A stretch of DNA of 64,000 nucleotides from Gemmatimonas sp. (GTDB lineage Bacteria > Gemmatimonadota > Gemmatimonadetes > Gemmatimonadales > Gemmatimonadaceae). Within the stretch, counting starts at the first letter, position 1, and the number at the start of each line of letters is the position of its first letter. The DNA is taken from assembly GCA_965279375.1 (NCBI GenBank), contig OZ257156.1:3488001-3552000 (forward strand), in the 5' to 3' direction. The notes under the pieces were generated by a model, which ran no database searches, was not told the DNA's origin, and saw only the letters and a list, made by a program, of their open reading frames with translations. Shown here in pieces: positions 48,894-60,068 of the stretch. Both the position numbers and the translations under genes were made by a program.

Positions 48894-50150
48894 ATGACCT
48901 TCGAGTTCGAAGAGAGCGCTTCGCAGAACGCCCGCATGAAGGTGGTGGGCGTAGGCGGAGGTGGCGGCAATGCCGTCAATCGCATGATCGAAGAGCACCT
49001 CGAAGGCGTCGAGTTCATTTCGGTGAACACCGACGCGCAGGCGCTCATGAACTCCAAGGCCGACGTCAAGATTCAGATCGGCAAGAAGCTCACGCGTGGG
49101 CTCGGTGCCGGCGCGCGTCCCGATGTCGGTCGCCAGGCGATCGAGGAGAACCGCGAAGACGCCAAGCGCGTGCTCGGGAACGCGGACCTCGTCTTCGTGA
49201 CATGCGGCATGGGCGGCGGCACGGGTACGGGCGCGGCACCGGTGATCTGCCAGCTCGCGCGTGAAGCGGGCGCGCTCACGGTCGGCATCGTCACTCGACC
49301 GTTCCTGTTCGAAGGGCGCAAGCGCATGCGGCAGGCGGAGGAAGGCATCGCCGAGATGCGCAAGCACGTGGACACGATGATCATCGTGCCGAACGAGCGG
49401 TTGCTCGCCGTGGTGGGCAAGGGCATCCCGTTCCACGAGGCGCTGAAAAAGGCCGACGAAGTGCTGCTGCACGCCACTCAGGGCATCTCGGTGCTGATCA
49501 GCGAGACGGGCTTGGTGAACGTGGACTTCGCCGACGTGCGCACGGTCATGCAGAACGGTGGCTCGGCGCTGATGGGCACGGGCATCGGCCGCGGCGAAAA
49601 CCGCGCCATGGAAGCCGCGCAACAGGCGATCGCGTCGCCACTGCTGGACAACGTCTCCATCTCCGGCGCCACGGGCGTGCTGGTCAACATCACCGGCGGC
49701 GAAGACCTCACGCTCGGCGAAGTGCACCAGATCAACGACATCGTGCATGACGCGGTGGGCGCAGAAGCGGAAATCATCTTCGGCGCGGTGCACGAGCCGG
49801 CGATGATGGGCGAGATCCGCGTGACCGTGATCGCGACCGGCTTCGATCGTCTGATGCAGGGAAGTCTGGGCAATGGCAGCACGCAGCCTCAGCAGTACGT
49901 CCAGTCCCCGCACAGCAGCACCTTCGCAGCCCCGGCCCCGCGGCAGGCTCCGCCTGTGCAAAAGTCGCCGGACGTACTACCTTTTCCGACGCGGGATCGG
50001 CCAGCGCCGAGACCGGCTGCTCCCGTAGCTCGACCGGCATGGGAAGGCGCCCCACCGCGCCCGCCCCGCGTGCCGCCCCCAAGTTCGACCACGAGCGCCG
50101 AGTTGGATGATATGGAAATCCCGACGTTCATTCGGAGACAGATGGATTGA
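48894..50150 (+). CDS. ftsZ: Cell division protein FtsZ
   Basis: [15 protein letters not shown] tubulin signature, NVDFADV, Pro-rich linker, [12 protein letters not shown]-terminal peptide. Confidence 0.99.
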   Translation: MTFEFEESASQNARMKVVGVGGGGGNAVNRMIEEHLEGVEFISVNTDAQALMNSKADVKIQIGKKLTRGLGAGARPDVGRQAIEENREDAKRVLGNADLVFVTCGMGGGTGTGAAPVICQLAREAGALTVGIVTRPFLFEGRKRMRQAEEGIAEMRKHVDTMIIVPNERLLAVVGKGIPFHEALKKADEVLLHATQGISVLISETGLVNVDFADVRTVMQNGGSALMGTGIGRGENRAMEAAQQAIASPLLDNVSISGATGVLVNITGGEDLTLGEVHQINDIVHDAVGAEAEIIFGAVHEPAMMGEIRVTVIATGFDRLMQGSLGNGSTQPQQYVQSPHSSTFAAPAPRQAPPVQKSPDVLPFPTRDRPAPRPAAPVARPAWEGAPPRPPRVPPPSSTTSAELDDMEIPTFIRRQMD

Positions 50151-51439
50151 ACCGGTCCGGATGGTCACTGCTCGTCGCTGCGGCGCTGGTCGCCGTCGGT
50201 GCCGGAGCAATCTCCCTCGGACGTCCGGTCCGTGAACGCCCCGCGGCGAGTGTACTCGACGCGGGGTCTCGCGCTTCCATAGCCTCGCGTTGGCGCACCC
50301 GCGTGGACACGGTCCAGCGCGGTGAACTGCTGGTCTCTGTCCTCGAACGCGCTGGACTTTCGCACGACGAAGCGGCGCTCGCGCTGCAGTCCGCCAGCAC
50401 GGTCGACGCCCGCCGCATCCGGCCGGGCACCACGATCACCACTCGGCTCAACCCCGATTCGGGCGGCGCCGAGATCGTGCTGCAGCTCGCGATCGACCGC
50501 CTGGTCCACCTGCGTCGCACCCCCGAGGCGTGGGCCGAGCGCGAAGAAAAGCTCGCGTGGCAGACGGATACCGTGGTCGTCGGTGGCGTGGTCCAGTCCA
50601 CGCTCACCGCCGCCATTGAAAGTGGCGCAGGCGCCTTTCCGGCGTCCGTGCGCGACGAAGTGGCGTACGCACTCGCAGACATTCTCGAGTACCGCATCGA
50701 CCTGAGTCGCGACCTGCGGCGCGGTGACTCGGTGCGCATGCTGGTCGAACGGCAGCGCGCGCCCAACGGCGCTGTTCGCCCGGGCAACATTCTCGCGGCC
50801 CGCATGACGGTCGATGGGCGCACCGTGGAAACGGTTCGCTTCGAAGATCGCGCGGATCGCGTCTCCTATTTCGATGGCGACGGAAAGTCGATGCGCGCCG
50901 CGTTCCTGCGCGCGCCACTCGCGTTCCGCCGCATCTCGAGCGTCTTCGGACGGCGCAAGCATCCCATCCTCGGGATCTGGCGCGCGCACCAGGGCACCGA
51001 CTACTCGGCTGCCGCCGGCACGCCGGTCCGCGCGCTCGGTGACGGTACGGTCATCTTTGCCGGCTGGAAGGGCGGCTTCGGTCGCGTCATCGAGATCCGG
51101 CATCGCAACGGCTACGTGACGCGCTATGGGCACCTCCGCGGCTTCGCATCGGGCATTCGGGCGGGTACCTCGGTCGCCATCTCGCGCACGATCGGCTTCG
51201 TCGGCTCCACCGGATTGGCCACCGCGCCGCACCTGCACTTCGAAGTGCTGGTCGGAGGCGTCCATCGTGATCCGCGCGTCGCACTCAAGTCCGTCACCAG
51301 CAATCCACTCGGCGACGTCGATCGGGGCGCGTTCAGCGCGCTCAAAGCTCGACTGTTCACGATGCTCGAAATGGGCGCGTCGGGTTCCGCCTCGCTGAAC
51401 GGCGTTCGCGGCGATACCGCACGCCACGGCGGAGACTAG
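50147..51439 (+). CDS. M23-family peptidoglycan endopeptidase (MepM-like)
   Basis: N-terminal TM, RISS.FG.R.HP, HQGTDY (HxxxD), PHLHFE (HxH). Confidence 0.88.
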   Translation: MNRSGWSLLVAAALVAVGAGAISLGRPVRERPAASVLDAGSRASIASRWRTRVDTVQRGELLVSVLERAGLSHDEAALALQSASTVDARRIRPGTTITTRLNPDSGGAEIVLQLAIDRLVHLRRTPEAWAEREEKLAWQTDTVVVGGVVQSTLTAAIESGAGAFPASVRDEVAYALADILEYRIDLSRDLRRGDSVRMLVERQRAPNGAVRPGNILAARMTVDGRTVETVRFEDRADRVSYFDGDGKSMRAAFLRAPLAFRRISSVFGRRKHPILGIWRAHQGTDYSAAAGTPVRALGDGTVIFAGWKGGFGRVIEIRHRNGYVTRYGHLRGFASGIRAGTSVAISRTIGFVGSTGLATAPHLHFEVLVGGVHRDPRVALKSVTSNPLGDVDRGAFSALKARLFTMLEMGASGSASLNGVRGDTARHGGD

Positions 51440-51518
51440 TCGTCGCTGAGCGTGCATTGTCGAGCGGACCGCGCTCGGCCCCGTGCTCCCCACGGTATCG
51501 CCTCCTGAGGTCCCGACC

Positions 51519-53381
51519 GTGATTCGGTGGGTGATCGCGCTTGCGCTCGGCGCCGTCGTGGCGTGGCTCGCGTACGGGCGTGCCGCGCGCGGACATCGTG
51601 GCCGCGCCGCCGCCTTGGGGCTCCTGCGCGGTATCGCGGTGGCGCTCGTGACGGCCATGCTGCTTGGTGCCCCCGCTGCGCCCGCCACCCCGCTCTCGCC
51701 GTTGGTTGCGCTCGATGCGTCGGCCTCCTGGCGCCGAGCGATGGGCGATGACAGCGCCACGGTTCGCGCGTTGCGCACCGATGCCTCGAAGGCTGCGGCG
51801 AACAGTGAACAGTTCGTCTTCTTTGGCGACTCGTTGCGTGATGTGACGGCGCGTGATCTTGCGCGCGTGATGCCAAACGACGGCGCGTCGCGATTGCGCC
51901 CGGCGGTCGATCGCGCCGCAGCGTTGGGACGTCCGTTGCTGGTACTGACCGACGGCGAGGTGGACGATCCCGAGGTGATGGCCGAAGCGCCCGCTGGATC
52001 ATCGGTGCGAATCGCGCCGCGGACGCCGCGAAAGGACGCCGCGCTGGCCGAACTGGAGCTCGCGTCGAGCGCGACGTCGGGTGACACCGTGGATGTTGTG
52101 CTGTTGATCGTCGCCGGCGGCGCCGGAAGCGTGGACGGTCGCGTCTCGTTGTCGCTGGACGGTGCGCCGATGGGATCGGCCGCGGTGGCATCGCTCGCGG
52201 CGTTCTCTTCAACGCGCGTCACGCTGCCGCTGATCGTGCCGCGCGGCGCACGCCTTGGCGTCGTCCGTGCTGCGCTGCAAGTGGCTGGAGACGCCGAGCC
52301 GCGCAACGACACGCTTGCTGCGGCGCTGGAGATCGCCGACCGTCCGCCAGCCGTGTTCGTGAGCACTGCGCCCGATCTGGACGTGCGCGAAGCGCTGGTC
52401 GTGCTGCGTGGTGCGTTGCAGGTGCCTACGCGCGCCTATCTGCGCGTCGCGCCCGGCGTGTGGCGCGAAGAGGGATCGTTGGCGCCCATCCGCGAGGACG
52501 ACGTGAAGACGCGTGCCGGAGCGGCGGGCATGCTGATCGTGCATGGCGACACGACGTGGGCGAGCACGCTCAAGGCGGCGCCGCGTGGCGCGCGCGCCCT
52601 GTGGAGTGCGGCACCACCGACGGCCGTGGCGCGCGCCGGTGAGTTTGCGCGGTCGGCAGAGTGGTACGCGTCCGGTGCGCCCGCATCGCCGCTGGCGTCC
52701 TCGCTGGCCGGCTTGCCGTGGGACACGCTGCCGCCGCTTACGCTTGCCGGTCCAGCGCGCGGTCAGTTCACCGTGCTCGAGGCCAAGCTCGGCAAGTCGG
52801 GCGCGGCCGTCGCGGCGATTGCCGGTCGAGACGTGGCGGGCGCACGCACGCTGACCATTTCTGGCTCGGGCTACGCGGGCTGGTCGCTGCGCGGCGGACG
52901 CAGCGCGGAAGCGTTCACTGCGCTCTGGGGCGCCATCTTCGATTGGCTCGCGGCCGGTCGCGGAGATCAGCGCGCGGCGCGTCCGGCGCTCGGCGCAGTG
53001 CGTGAGGGTGAGGCAGTTCGCTGGCGGCGCGGCGGGTCGGACTCGCTGGTGCGGGTGGCGGTATCGCGCCGGAGCGGCGCGACCGCGGCGACGACGGATA
53101 CACAGTCGCTGCGATTTGTGGGGCCGCTCTTCGAAACCACCGGGCCCGCATTGCCGGCCGGGGTGTACGACGTGCAGACTGCAGGTGGGCCGTCGTTGCT
53201 GGTGGTGAACGCATCGCGGGAGTGGGTGCCGCGTGCGCCTGTGCTCCGGGATGGCGCGCCCACGCGCAGCGCGATGCCGGCGGACGCACCGCGTCTCTCG
53301 GACCGCTGGTGGCCGATCGTGGCGGCGCTGCTTCTGCTGTGCGCCGAATGGGTCGGCCGACGGATGACTGGGCTTCGCTGA
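51519..53381 (+). CDS. Membrane-anchored vWA-like hypothetical protein
   Basis: N-terminal TM pair, MIDAS-like LDASAS and LTDG, Ig-like segment ending RND, C-terminal TM 'LLCAEW..RR..GLR'. Confidence 0.65.
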   Translation: MIRWVIALALGAVVAWLAYGRAARGHRGRAAALGLLRGIAVALVTAMLLGAPAAPATPLSPLVALDASASWRRAMGDDSATVRALRTDASKAAANSEQFVFFGDSLRDVTARDLARVMPNDGASRLRPAVDRAAALGRPLLVLTDGEVDDPEVMAEAPAGSSVRIAPRTPRKDAALAELELASSATSGDTVDVVLLIVAGGAGSVDGRVSLSLDGAPMGSAAVASLAAFSSTRVTLPLIVPRGARLGVVRAALQVAGDAEPRNDTLAAALEIADRPPAVFVSTAPDLDVREALVVLRGALQVPTRAYLRVAPGVWREEGSLAPIREDDVKTRAGAAGMLIVHGDTTWASTLKAAPRGARALWSAAPPTAVARAGEFARSAEWYASGAPASPLASSLAGLPWDTLPPLTLAGPARGQFTVLEAKLGKSGAAVAAIAGRDVAGARTLTISGSGYAGWSLRGGRSAEAFTALWGAIFDWLAAGRGDQRAARPALGAVREGEAVRWRRGGSDSLVRVAVSRRSGATAATTDTQSLRFVGPLFETTGPALPAGVYDVQTAGGPSLLVVNASREWVPRAPVLRDGAPTRSAMPADAPRLSDRWWPIVAALLLLCAEWVGRRMTGLR

Positions 53382-53501
53382 CATGCTGCGGCCGTCGGCT
53401 GCGTACCGTGAGGTCGCGCCGCCGCCGGTCTGACTGCCGCGCTCCACTCGTCCCGCCGCAACGGCATCCGCCATTCGCAACTCGTTACCCGTAACCCGCC
53501 C

Positions 53502-54434
53502 ATGTCTCGTCTGTTTCGCAAGAAGGATGACGTCCCCAAGCGCTCGCTCTGGCAACGCGTCAAGGACCTCGTACGAACTGATGTCGGCGTGTTGCTCCGA
53601 GGTGGCGTCGACCAGGGATCGCTGGAGGCGCTGGAAGAGCTGCTGATCGAGTCGGACTTTGGCGTGCCGACGTCACTCGCCCTCGTGGCGGAAGTCGAGC
53701 GGCTGGCCAAGCGCGGCGACGTGAAGACCGAGACCGAGTTCCGCGACGCGCTGGCCAAGGGAGTGGAGCAGGCGCTCCGCTCGGGGAACTCCGATCCTGC
53801 GCTGCGGATGGCGCCGAGTGGGCCCACCGTGGTGCTGGTGATCGGCGTGAACGGGGCAGGAAAGACGACGTTTATTGGCAAGTTCGCGGCGGATTGCAAA
53901 GCTCGTGGGCAACAGGTGCTGCTGGGCGCGGCCGATACGTTCCGTGCTGGCGCGATCGATCAGCTGCGCGTCTGGGCCGAGCGTTCGGGCGTGGACTTCG
54001 TGGGTGGTGCGGCAGGGTCCGATCCCGCGTCGGTCGCGTTCGACGCCGTCGAGGCGGGCATCAAGCGCAACAAGGACGTCATCATCATCGACACCGCCGG
54101 ACGATTGCACACGAGTGACGATCTGATGACGGAGCTGCGCAAGATCAACCGGGTGATCGCCAAGCGACTTCCGGATGCTCCGCATGAAGTGTTGCTCGTG
54201 CTGGACGGTACCATCGGCCAGAACGCGCTCGCCCAGGCGCGCACCTTCTCGGCGGCGGTTCCGGTCACAGGCGTCGTCGTCACCAAGCTCGACGGAACGG
54301 CCAAGGGTGGCATCGTGGTCGCGGTGCACGAAGCGCTCAACGTACCAATCAAGTTTGTCGGACTGGGCGAGCAGGTGGGCGATCTCGCGTCTTTCGATGC
54401 GGCTGACTATGCGCGGGAGCTCGTCGAGTCGTGA
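53502..54434 (+). CDS. ftsY: SRP receptor FtsY
   Basis: GVNGAGKTT, DTFRAGA, DTAGRL, TKLDGTAKGG. Confidence 0.97.
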   Translation: MSRLFRKKDDVPKRSLWQRVKDLVRTDVGVLLRGGVDQGSLEALEELLIESDFGVPTSLALVAEVERLAKRGDVKTETEFRDALAKGVEQALRSGNSDPALRMAPSGPTVVLVIGVNGAGKTTFIGKFAADCKARGQQVLLGAADTFRAGAIDQLRVWAERSGVDFVGGAAGSDPASVAFDAVEAGIKRNKDVIIIDTAGRLHTSDDLMTELRKINRVIAKRLPDAPHEVLLVLDGTIGQNALAQARTFSAAVPVTGVVVTKLDGTAKGGIVVAVHEALNVPIKFVGLGEQVGDLASFDAADYARELVES

Positions 54435-56545
54435 AGGCGCCTGAGGGCGATCGGCGTCGGAGGCCACCCGCACGGCCCGCACCGCGCCTCGCCCTCGACA
54501 CGCCGGTTACTTACCTCAAGGGCGTTGGTCCGGTGCGCGGCGAGATGCTCGCGCGATTGGGCATCGCGGTCGCGGGCGATCTGCTGCGTCACGTGCCGCA
54601 TCGCTACGAAGACGCGACGACAGTCACCCCCATCGTCCGCGCCGACGTCGGCCTCGACGTCACCGTACTCGGCAAGGTCATCGCCAAGGGCGTGCTGCCG
54701 TCGCGCAAGCTGCGCGTGTTTCAGGCGGTGCTGCAGGATACCTCAGGGATGATCGAGGTGGCGTGGCCGGGGCAGCCGTTTCTTGACCGCTCGATTGCTG
54801 TGGGCGATTGGCTGCTCTGCACAGGAAGCGTGCGGTTCTTCCACGGTCGGCGCCTGCAGCCGCGCGAGTTCGTCAATCTCGGCCCGGAAGAGGAGGGCAC
54901 CGCCGAGGGGCGCGTGCTCGCTGTCTACTCCACCACCGAAGGGCTCTCGGTGCGCGTGCTGCGCGCACTCATTCAGCAGCATCTCGATGCGCTGCTACCG
55001 TTGGTTACTGAGCCGCTGCCGGCGGACGTGCTGCGCGAGGCAGAGGTGCCTCCGCTGCGAGAAGCGTTGCGACGCGTGCATCGACCGACGTCGGTGGCGG
55101 AAGCGCTCGAAGGACGAGCGCGTCTCGCATTCGAAGAGCTGCTCTGCGTGCAGCTGCTGCATCGCCGAGCCAATCAGCTCGCGCGCGACGCCGAAGGTGG
55201 TCGCCGCTTTGTGAATCGTCGGCAGCTGACCACGGCGTTGCGCGCCGCACTGCCGTTCACGCTCACGGGTGCGCAGGTGCGCGTGATTCGCGAGATCGTG
55301 TCCGACATGGGGAGCCCGCGCCGCATGCATCGCCTATTGCAGGGAGACGTTGGCAGCGGCAAGACGGTCGTGGCGCTCTTCGCGGCGCTCTTGGCGATGG
55401 AGAACGGCGCGCAGGCCGCGCTAATGGCCCCGACTGAATTGCTGGCCGAACAGCATGTGCGGAGCCTCGGGGCGATGCTGGCGCCGCTGTCCATCGAGCC
55501 GGTGCTGCTTACGGGCCGACTTGGGGCGAAGGAGAAGCGCGCCGCGCTCGCGCGACTGGCCGCGCCCGATCCGGTGCTCGCTGTTGGCACACACGCGCTG
55601 CTGTCGGAGGGTGTGCACTTCGCCGATCTCGGATTGGTGATCGTGGACGAGCAGCATCGCTTTGGAGTGGAGCAACGCGCGCTGCTGGGCACCAAGGGCA
55701 ACACGCCCGATGTGCTCCTGATGAGCGCCACACCGATTCCGCGATCGCTCGCGCTCACGCTCTATGGCGATCTCGATGTGAGCGTGCTTGACGAACGACC
55801 GCCCGGACGACAGCCGATTGCGACGGTGCATCGCGCGGAGAGCGCGCGTGGCCGCGTGATGGAATTTGCGAATGCACAGTTGGACGCGGGCCGACAGGTC
55901 TACGTGGTGTATCCGCTCATCGAGACGTCGGAGAAGGTCGATCTCAAGGCCGCGACGACGATGTTCGAGGAGTTGGTGGAGGGCGCGTTCGCATCGCGGC
56001 GCGTAGCTCTGTTGCACGGGCGACTGCCGGGGGAAGAACGGGACGCGATCATGCGCGCCTTTCGCGATGGTGAGATCGACGTGTTGGTGGCCACGACGGT
56101 CATCGAAGTCGGGATCGATGTCGCGAATGCGACCGTCATGATCATCGAGCACCCGGAGCGCTTTGGCCTCTCGCAGCTGCATCAGCTGCGCGGTCGCGTC
56201 GGGCGTGGCGGCGAGCAGTCATACTGCATTCTGCTGGGCGACGTGGGTGTGGAGGCCGCCGAACGACTCGCGCTGTTCACTGCCACCGAAGACGGCTTTG
56301 CGATCGCCAAGGCCGATCTGGAATTGCGCGGCATGGGTGATCTCTTCGGGGCCAAGCAGCATGGATTGCCTGCGTTCCGCATCGCCGACCCGCTTCGCGA
56401 TGAGGCGCTGAACGAGCGCGCGCGCGAGATCGCCGATCGCCTGCTCGCGGTCGATCCCGAACTGCAGCAGCCGTCGCATGCGCCGCTCCGGCACTTGCTG
56501 GCTGTGGGTTATGCGCGTGCCCTCGAGCTGTTCCGGGTGGGCTGA
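54431..56545 (+). CDS. recG: ATP-dependent DNA helicase RecG
   Basis: QGDVGSGKT, DEQHRFG, SATPIPR, QLRGRVGRG, wedge domain. Confidence 0.97.
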   Translation: MKAPEGDRRRRPPARPAPRLALDTPVTYLKGVGPVRGEMLARLGIAVAGDLLRHVPHRYEDATTVTPIVRADVGLDVTVLGKVIAKGVLPSRKLRVFQAVLQDTSGMIEVAWPGQPFLDRSIAVGDWLLCTGSVRFFHGRRLQPREFVNLGPEEEGTAEGRVLAVYSTTEGLSVRVLRALIQQHLDALLPLVTEPLPADVLREAEVPPLREALRRVHRPTSVAEALEGRARLAFEELLCVQLLHRRANQLARDAEGGRRFVNRRQLTTALRAALPFTLTGAQVRVIREIVSDMGSPRRMHRLLQGDVGSGKTVVALFAALLAMENGAQAALMAPTELLAEQHVRSLGAMLAPLSIEPVLLTGRLGAKEKRAALARLAAPDPVLAVGTHALLSEGVHFADLGLVIVDEQHRFGVEQRALLGTKGNTPDVLLMSATPIPRSLALTLYGDLDVSVLDERPPGRQPIATVHRAESARGRVMEFANAQLDAGRQVYVVYPLIETSEKVDLKAATTMFEELVEGAFASRRVALLHGRLPGEERDAIMRAFRDGEIDVLVATTVIEVGIDVANATVMIIEHPERFGLSQLHQLRGRVGRGGEQSYCILLGDVGVEAAERLALFTATEDGFAIAKADLELRGMGDLFGAKQHGLPAFRIADPLRDEALNERAREIADRLLAVDPELQQPSHAPLRHLLAVGYARALELFRVG

Positions 56546-56652
56546 GCGACGCCTACGCCTGAATGACGCGCTCCTCGGGCCGGTTGAAGTCGCTCCGAAG
56601 CGTCCCTAGCTTGCCTGTCCGCCTTCCCCCTAGCAGTCGCTCGCTGACCAGA

Positions 56653-57960
56653 ATGCCCATGCGCGCTTCGTCCGTTCGTATCGCCGATCTCAAGAACCAC
56701 GTGGGCACCGTTGTCACCGTGCGCGCGTGGGTCACCCACCTCCGCTCCAAGGGCAAGCTGGGCTTCGCCGTGGTGCGCGACGGCACGGGGCTGATGCAGG
56801 CGGTGGTGGTCAAGGCCGAAGTCCCCGAGACAAGCTGGGACGCGTTCGGCACGTTGACGCAGGAAGCGTCGCTGGCGCTCACGGGCGAAGTCCGCGCGGA
56901 CGCACGCGCTCCGGGCGGATTCGAGATGGGCGTGCAGTCGCTCGAGGTCATCGGCACCAGCCCCAACGACTACCCGATCCAGCCCAAGGAGCACGGCGTC
57001 GATTTTCTGCTCGACAACCGGCACTTCTGGCTGCGCACGCCGCGCCAGAACGCGATCATGCGCGTGCGCCACGAACTCGAACAGGCGATCCACGACTTCT
57101 TCTACGCACGCGATTTCACGCGCTGCGATTCGCCGATCCTCACCGCCGCGATTGGCGAGCGTGCTGGGCTCTTCGGCACCGAGTACTTCGAGGAAGGCAC
57201 GGCCTATCTCGCGCAGACGGGTCAGCTCTACGGCGAAGCGATGGCTGCCGCACTCGGCCGCATCTACACCTTTGGCCCGACGTTCCGCGCCGAAAAGAGC
57301 AAGACGCGCCGCCATCTGACCGAGTTCTGGATGATCGAGCCCGAGATGGCGTGGTACGATCAGGACGACAACATGGACCTGCAGGAAGAGTTCGTCCGCT
57401 ACTTGGTCGAGCGCGTGCTCGAGCGACGGCAGGAAGAGCTCAAGGTCCTCGAGCGCGATACGTCCAAGCTCGATTGCGTCACGCAGCCCTTCGTGCGTCT
57501 TGACTACGGCGAGGCGATCACGCTCGTGCAGTCCAAGGGCAGCGATGCCAAGTGGGGCGAAGATCTGGGCGCCCCCGACGAAGCGCTCATCGTCGATCAC
57601 TACGAGCGCCCGGTGTTCGTCGTGAACTATCCCAAGGAAGCCAAGGCGTTCTACATGAAGGAGAACCCGGCCGATCCGCGCACGGTGCGGTGCGCCGACC
57701 TGCTGGCGCCGGAAGGACGCGGCGAAATCATCGGCGGTTCACAGCGCGAAGACGACTACGACAAGATCCTCGCGCGCCTCACGCACGAAGGACTGCCCGT
57801 CGAGGCGTACGGCTGGTATCTCGACCTGCGGAAGTACGGCACCTTCACGCACTCGGGCTTTGGCTTGGGACTCGAGCGCACGATCGCCTGGATCTGCGGC
57901 ATCGAACACATCCGCGAGGTGATTCCGTTCCCGCGTATGATGGGGCGGCTCACGCCGTAG
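56653..57960 (+). CDS. asnS: Asparagine-tRNA ligase
   Basis: OB-fold, YLAQTGQLY, FRAEKSKTRRHLTEFWMIEPE, EIIGGSQRE, GFGLGLER. Confidence 0.95.
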   Translation: MPMRASSVRIADLKNHVGTVVTVRAWVTHLRSKGKLGFAVVRDGTGLMQAVVVKAEVPETSWDAFGTLTQEASLALTGEVRADARAPGGFEMGVQSLEVIGTSPNDYPIQPKEHGVDFLLDNRHFWLRTPRQNAIMRVRHELEQAIHDFFYARDFTRCDSPILTAAIGERAGLFGTEYFEEGTAYLAQTGQLYGEAMAAALGRIYTFGPTFRAEKSKTRRHLTEFWMIEPEMAWYDQDDNMDLQEEFVRYLVERVLERRQEELKVLERDTSKLDCVTQPFVRLDYGEAITLVQSKGSDAKWGEDLGAPDEALIVDHYERPVFVVNYPKEAKAFYMKENPADPRTVRCADLLAPEGRGEIIGGSQREDDYDKILARLTHEGLPVEAYGWYLDLRKYGTFTHSGFGLGLERTIAWICGIEHIREVIPFPRMMGRLTP

Positions 57961-57984
57961 TCGGCGCACCTTACGCTGCACTGC

Positions 57985-58015
57985 CGCGGGCGCGTCCGAT
58001 TCGGGCGCGCCCGCG
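57985..58015. terminator. Stem-loop between convergent asnS and mazG
   Basis: CGCGGGCGCGTCCGA / TCGGGCGCGCCCGCG inverted repeat. Confidence 0.65.
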
Positions 58016-58021
58016 TGCGTT

Positions 58022-58855
58022 TCAGCGCGCTTTTTCCGCTGCTTTTACCTCATCCCAGATCACGTCCTGCTGCTCGAGCGACATCTTCGTGAGCTCTTCA
58101 CCGCGCTCACGTGCGAGCGCCTCCATCGCGCCGTAGCGCGTCGTGAACTTGAGATTCGCGCGATCGAGCGCGAGCCCTGCGTGCACGCCCGTCTTGCGGC
58201 AGAGATTGACCACCGCGAACAGCAGGTCGCCGAGCTCCGACTCGAGCTTGTCCTGATGGACCACCGCGCCCTCGGGCGTGATGTGTTCGGCGACTTCGTC
58301 GATCTCTTCACGCACTTTGGCGAGGGGGCCAAGCGCGTTGGGCCAGTCGAAGCCAACGCCCGCGGCTCGATCCTGCAACCGATGCGAGCGGTGTAGCGAC
58401 GGTAGCCCGGACGGCAGCCCTTCGTCGAGCGACGAGCGACGCGACTTCTCCGCCTTCATTCCTTCCCAGGAACGCTTGACGCCGTCGCCATACAGATGCG
58501 GATGGCGCGCATGCATCTTGGCCACCAACGCGCCGGCGACGTCCTGCATGTTGAACGCCCCACGGTCCTCCGCCACGACGGAGTGAAAGAGCACCTGCAG
58601 CAACAGATCACCCAGTTCGTCGCGAAGCACGGGATCGTTGCCCTCCGCGATGGCGTCGTCCACCTCGTGCGCTTCTTCGATGAGATACGGCCGAAGCGAC
58701 TGATGCGTCTGCACGCGATCCCAGTCGCAGCGCGTGCGCAGATCGCGCATGAGGGCGAGGGCGTCGTCGAGTGTGCGCGGGGCAGGGGACGGCGCAGCAG
58801 TTCCATCCATGGGGCTCGCTTCTCCGTGCGGCGTGGCGTGCTTAGAGTCCGTCAT
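58022..58855 (-). CDS. mazG: Nucleoside triphosphate pyrophosphohydrolase MazG
   Basis: CDWDRVQT, EEAHEV, DELGDLL, GFDW, second ELGDLLFA domain. Confidence 0.95.
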   Translation of the reverse strand: MTDSKHATPHGEASPMDGTAAPSPAPRTLDDALALMRDLRTRCDWDRVQTHQSLRPYLIEEAHEVDDAIAEGNDPVLRDELGDLLLQVLFHSVVAEDRGAFNMQDVAGALVAKMHARHPHLYGDGVKRSWEGMKAEKSRRSSLDEGLPSGLPSLHRSHRLQDRAAGVGFDWPNALGPLAKVREEIDEVAEHITPEGAVVHQDKLESELGDLLFAVVNLCRKTGVHAGLALDRANLKFTTRYGAMEALARERGEELTKMSLEQQDVIWDEVKAAEKAR

Positions 58856-60068
58856 GACTGCGGCAATATATCCGGCCGGACGGGAGCGCCTCGAGCGCTT
58901 GGCGTCGCTGCACGCGCCTGCCTGGCTCGAGGTGAACCTCGATGCCCTTCGCCAAAACGCTGCGTCGTTGCGTGCGAGAGCCGGCGTTCCGCTGGTGCCG
59001 ATGGTGAAGGCAGATGGCTACGGCCTCGGTGCCGTGGCCATCGCTCGCGCGCTGGGCGCGTCGTTTGCCGATCGTCCTGTGGCGGCTGACGGTCCATGGG
59101 GCCTGGGCGTAGCGCGTGTGGCCGAAGCCGCTGCGCTGCGCGACAGCGGATGCACAGCGCGCTTGCTGTGTTCGACGCCGCTCCTGCCGCAGGAGTTCTC
59201 GGCGGCGATGGCACTCGAGCTGACTCCCACGTTGCACGGCGCCGAGTCGATCGCCGAGTGGATTGGGGGGAAGGGCGGGGCGTGGCACTTGGCGATCGAT
59301 ACCGGCATGTCACGCGCGGGCGTGCGGTGGGATCGCGTATCGACGTTGCGCAGCGCTGTCGGCGCGCTGATGGCTCAGCATCCGCCGGAGGGCGTGCTCA
59401 CGCACTTTCATTCCGCCGACGAAGGCAACAGATCGCGCGTGTTGCAGGAAGCGCGCTTCGCCGAGTCGATTGAGGTGCTGCGCGAATTCCTCACGCCGCA
59501 GACGCTGATCCACACCGACAACAGCGCGGCGATTTCAGCGCGCGGCGCGAGCCAGGCGACGCTCGTGCGCCCGGGCATCGCGCTGTACGGCGCGTACGCG
59601 GTCGCCAACGCAGCCGCTCAGGCAACTGGTGATGGCGCCGAGCGAGGGGAGCCGGCGGTGCTGCTGCAGCCGGTGGTGTCGCTGCGGGCGCGCATCGTCG
59701 ACCTGCGCGATGTGCTGCCGGGTGAGACCGTGGGGTATGGCGCGACGTGGACCGCTGCGCGTCCGAGCCGCATCGCAACCGTGCCCGTGGGGTACGCGGA
59801 CGGGTACCGTCGGCAGCTGTCCAACCGCGGCGCCGTGCTGGTGCACGGGGTACGCTGTCCCGTCGTTGGGCGCATCTCGATGGACATGGCGATGCTCGAC
59901 GTCACCGGCGTTGCCTGTGCAGAGGCGGACGTGGTCACCATGCTCGGCGCCGACGGCCCGGATCTCCTGTCCGTTGACGAGGTCGCGCGAGCTGGTGATC
60001 TGTCGCCGTACGAACTGCTGACCGGACTCGGTCAGCGTCTTCCTCGCGTGTATCTCGGAGCATCCTGA
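58854..60068 (+). CDS. alr: Alanine racemase
   Basis: MVKADGYG (PLP Lys), IDTGMSRAG, VRPGIALYG, VGYG, GYADG, GRISMD; start uncertain. Confidence 0.94.
   Translation: MTAAIYPAGRERLERLASLHAPAWLEVNLDALRQNAASLRARAGVPLVPMVKADGYGLGAVAIARALGASFADRPVAADGPWGLGVARVAEAAALRDSGCTARLLCSTPLLPQEFSAAMALELTPTLHGAESIAEWIGGKGGAWHLAIDTGMSRAGVRWDRVSTLRSAVGALMAQHPPEGVLTHFHSADEGNRSRVLQEARFAESIEVLREFLTPQTLIHTDNSAAISARGASQATLVRPGIALYGAYAVANAAAQATGDGAERGEPAVLLQPVVSLRARIVDLRDVLPGETVGYGATWTAARPSRIATVPVGYADGYRRQLSNRGAVLVHGVRCPVVGRISMDMAMLDVTGVACAEADVVTMLGADGPDLLSVDEVARAGDLSPYELLTGLGQRLPRVYLGAS

Noticed and set aside
53382..53501. Possible SRP RNA upstream of ftsY
   Set aside because: No conserved SRP domain IV motif (GGAA tetraloop with AGCAG) on either strand
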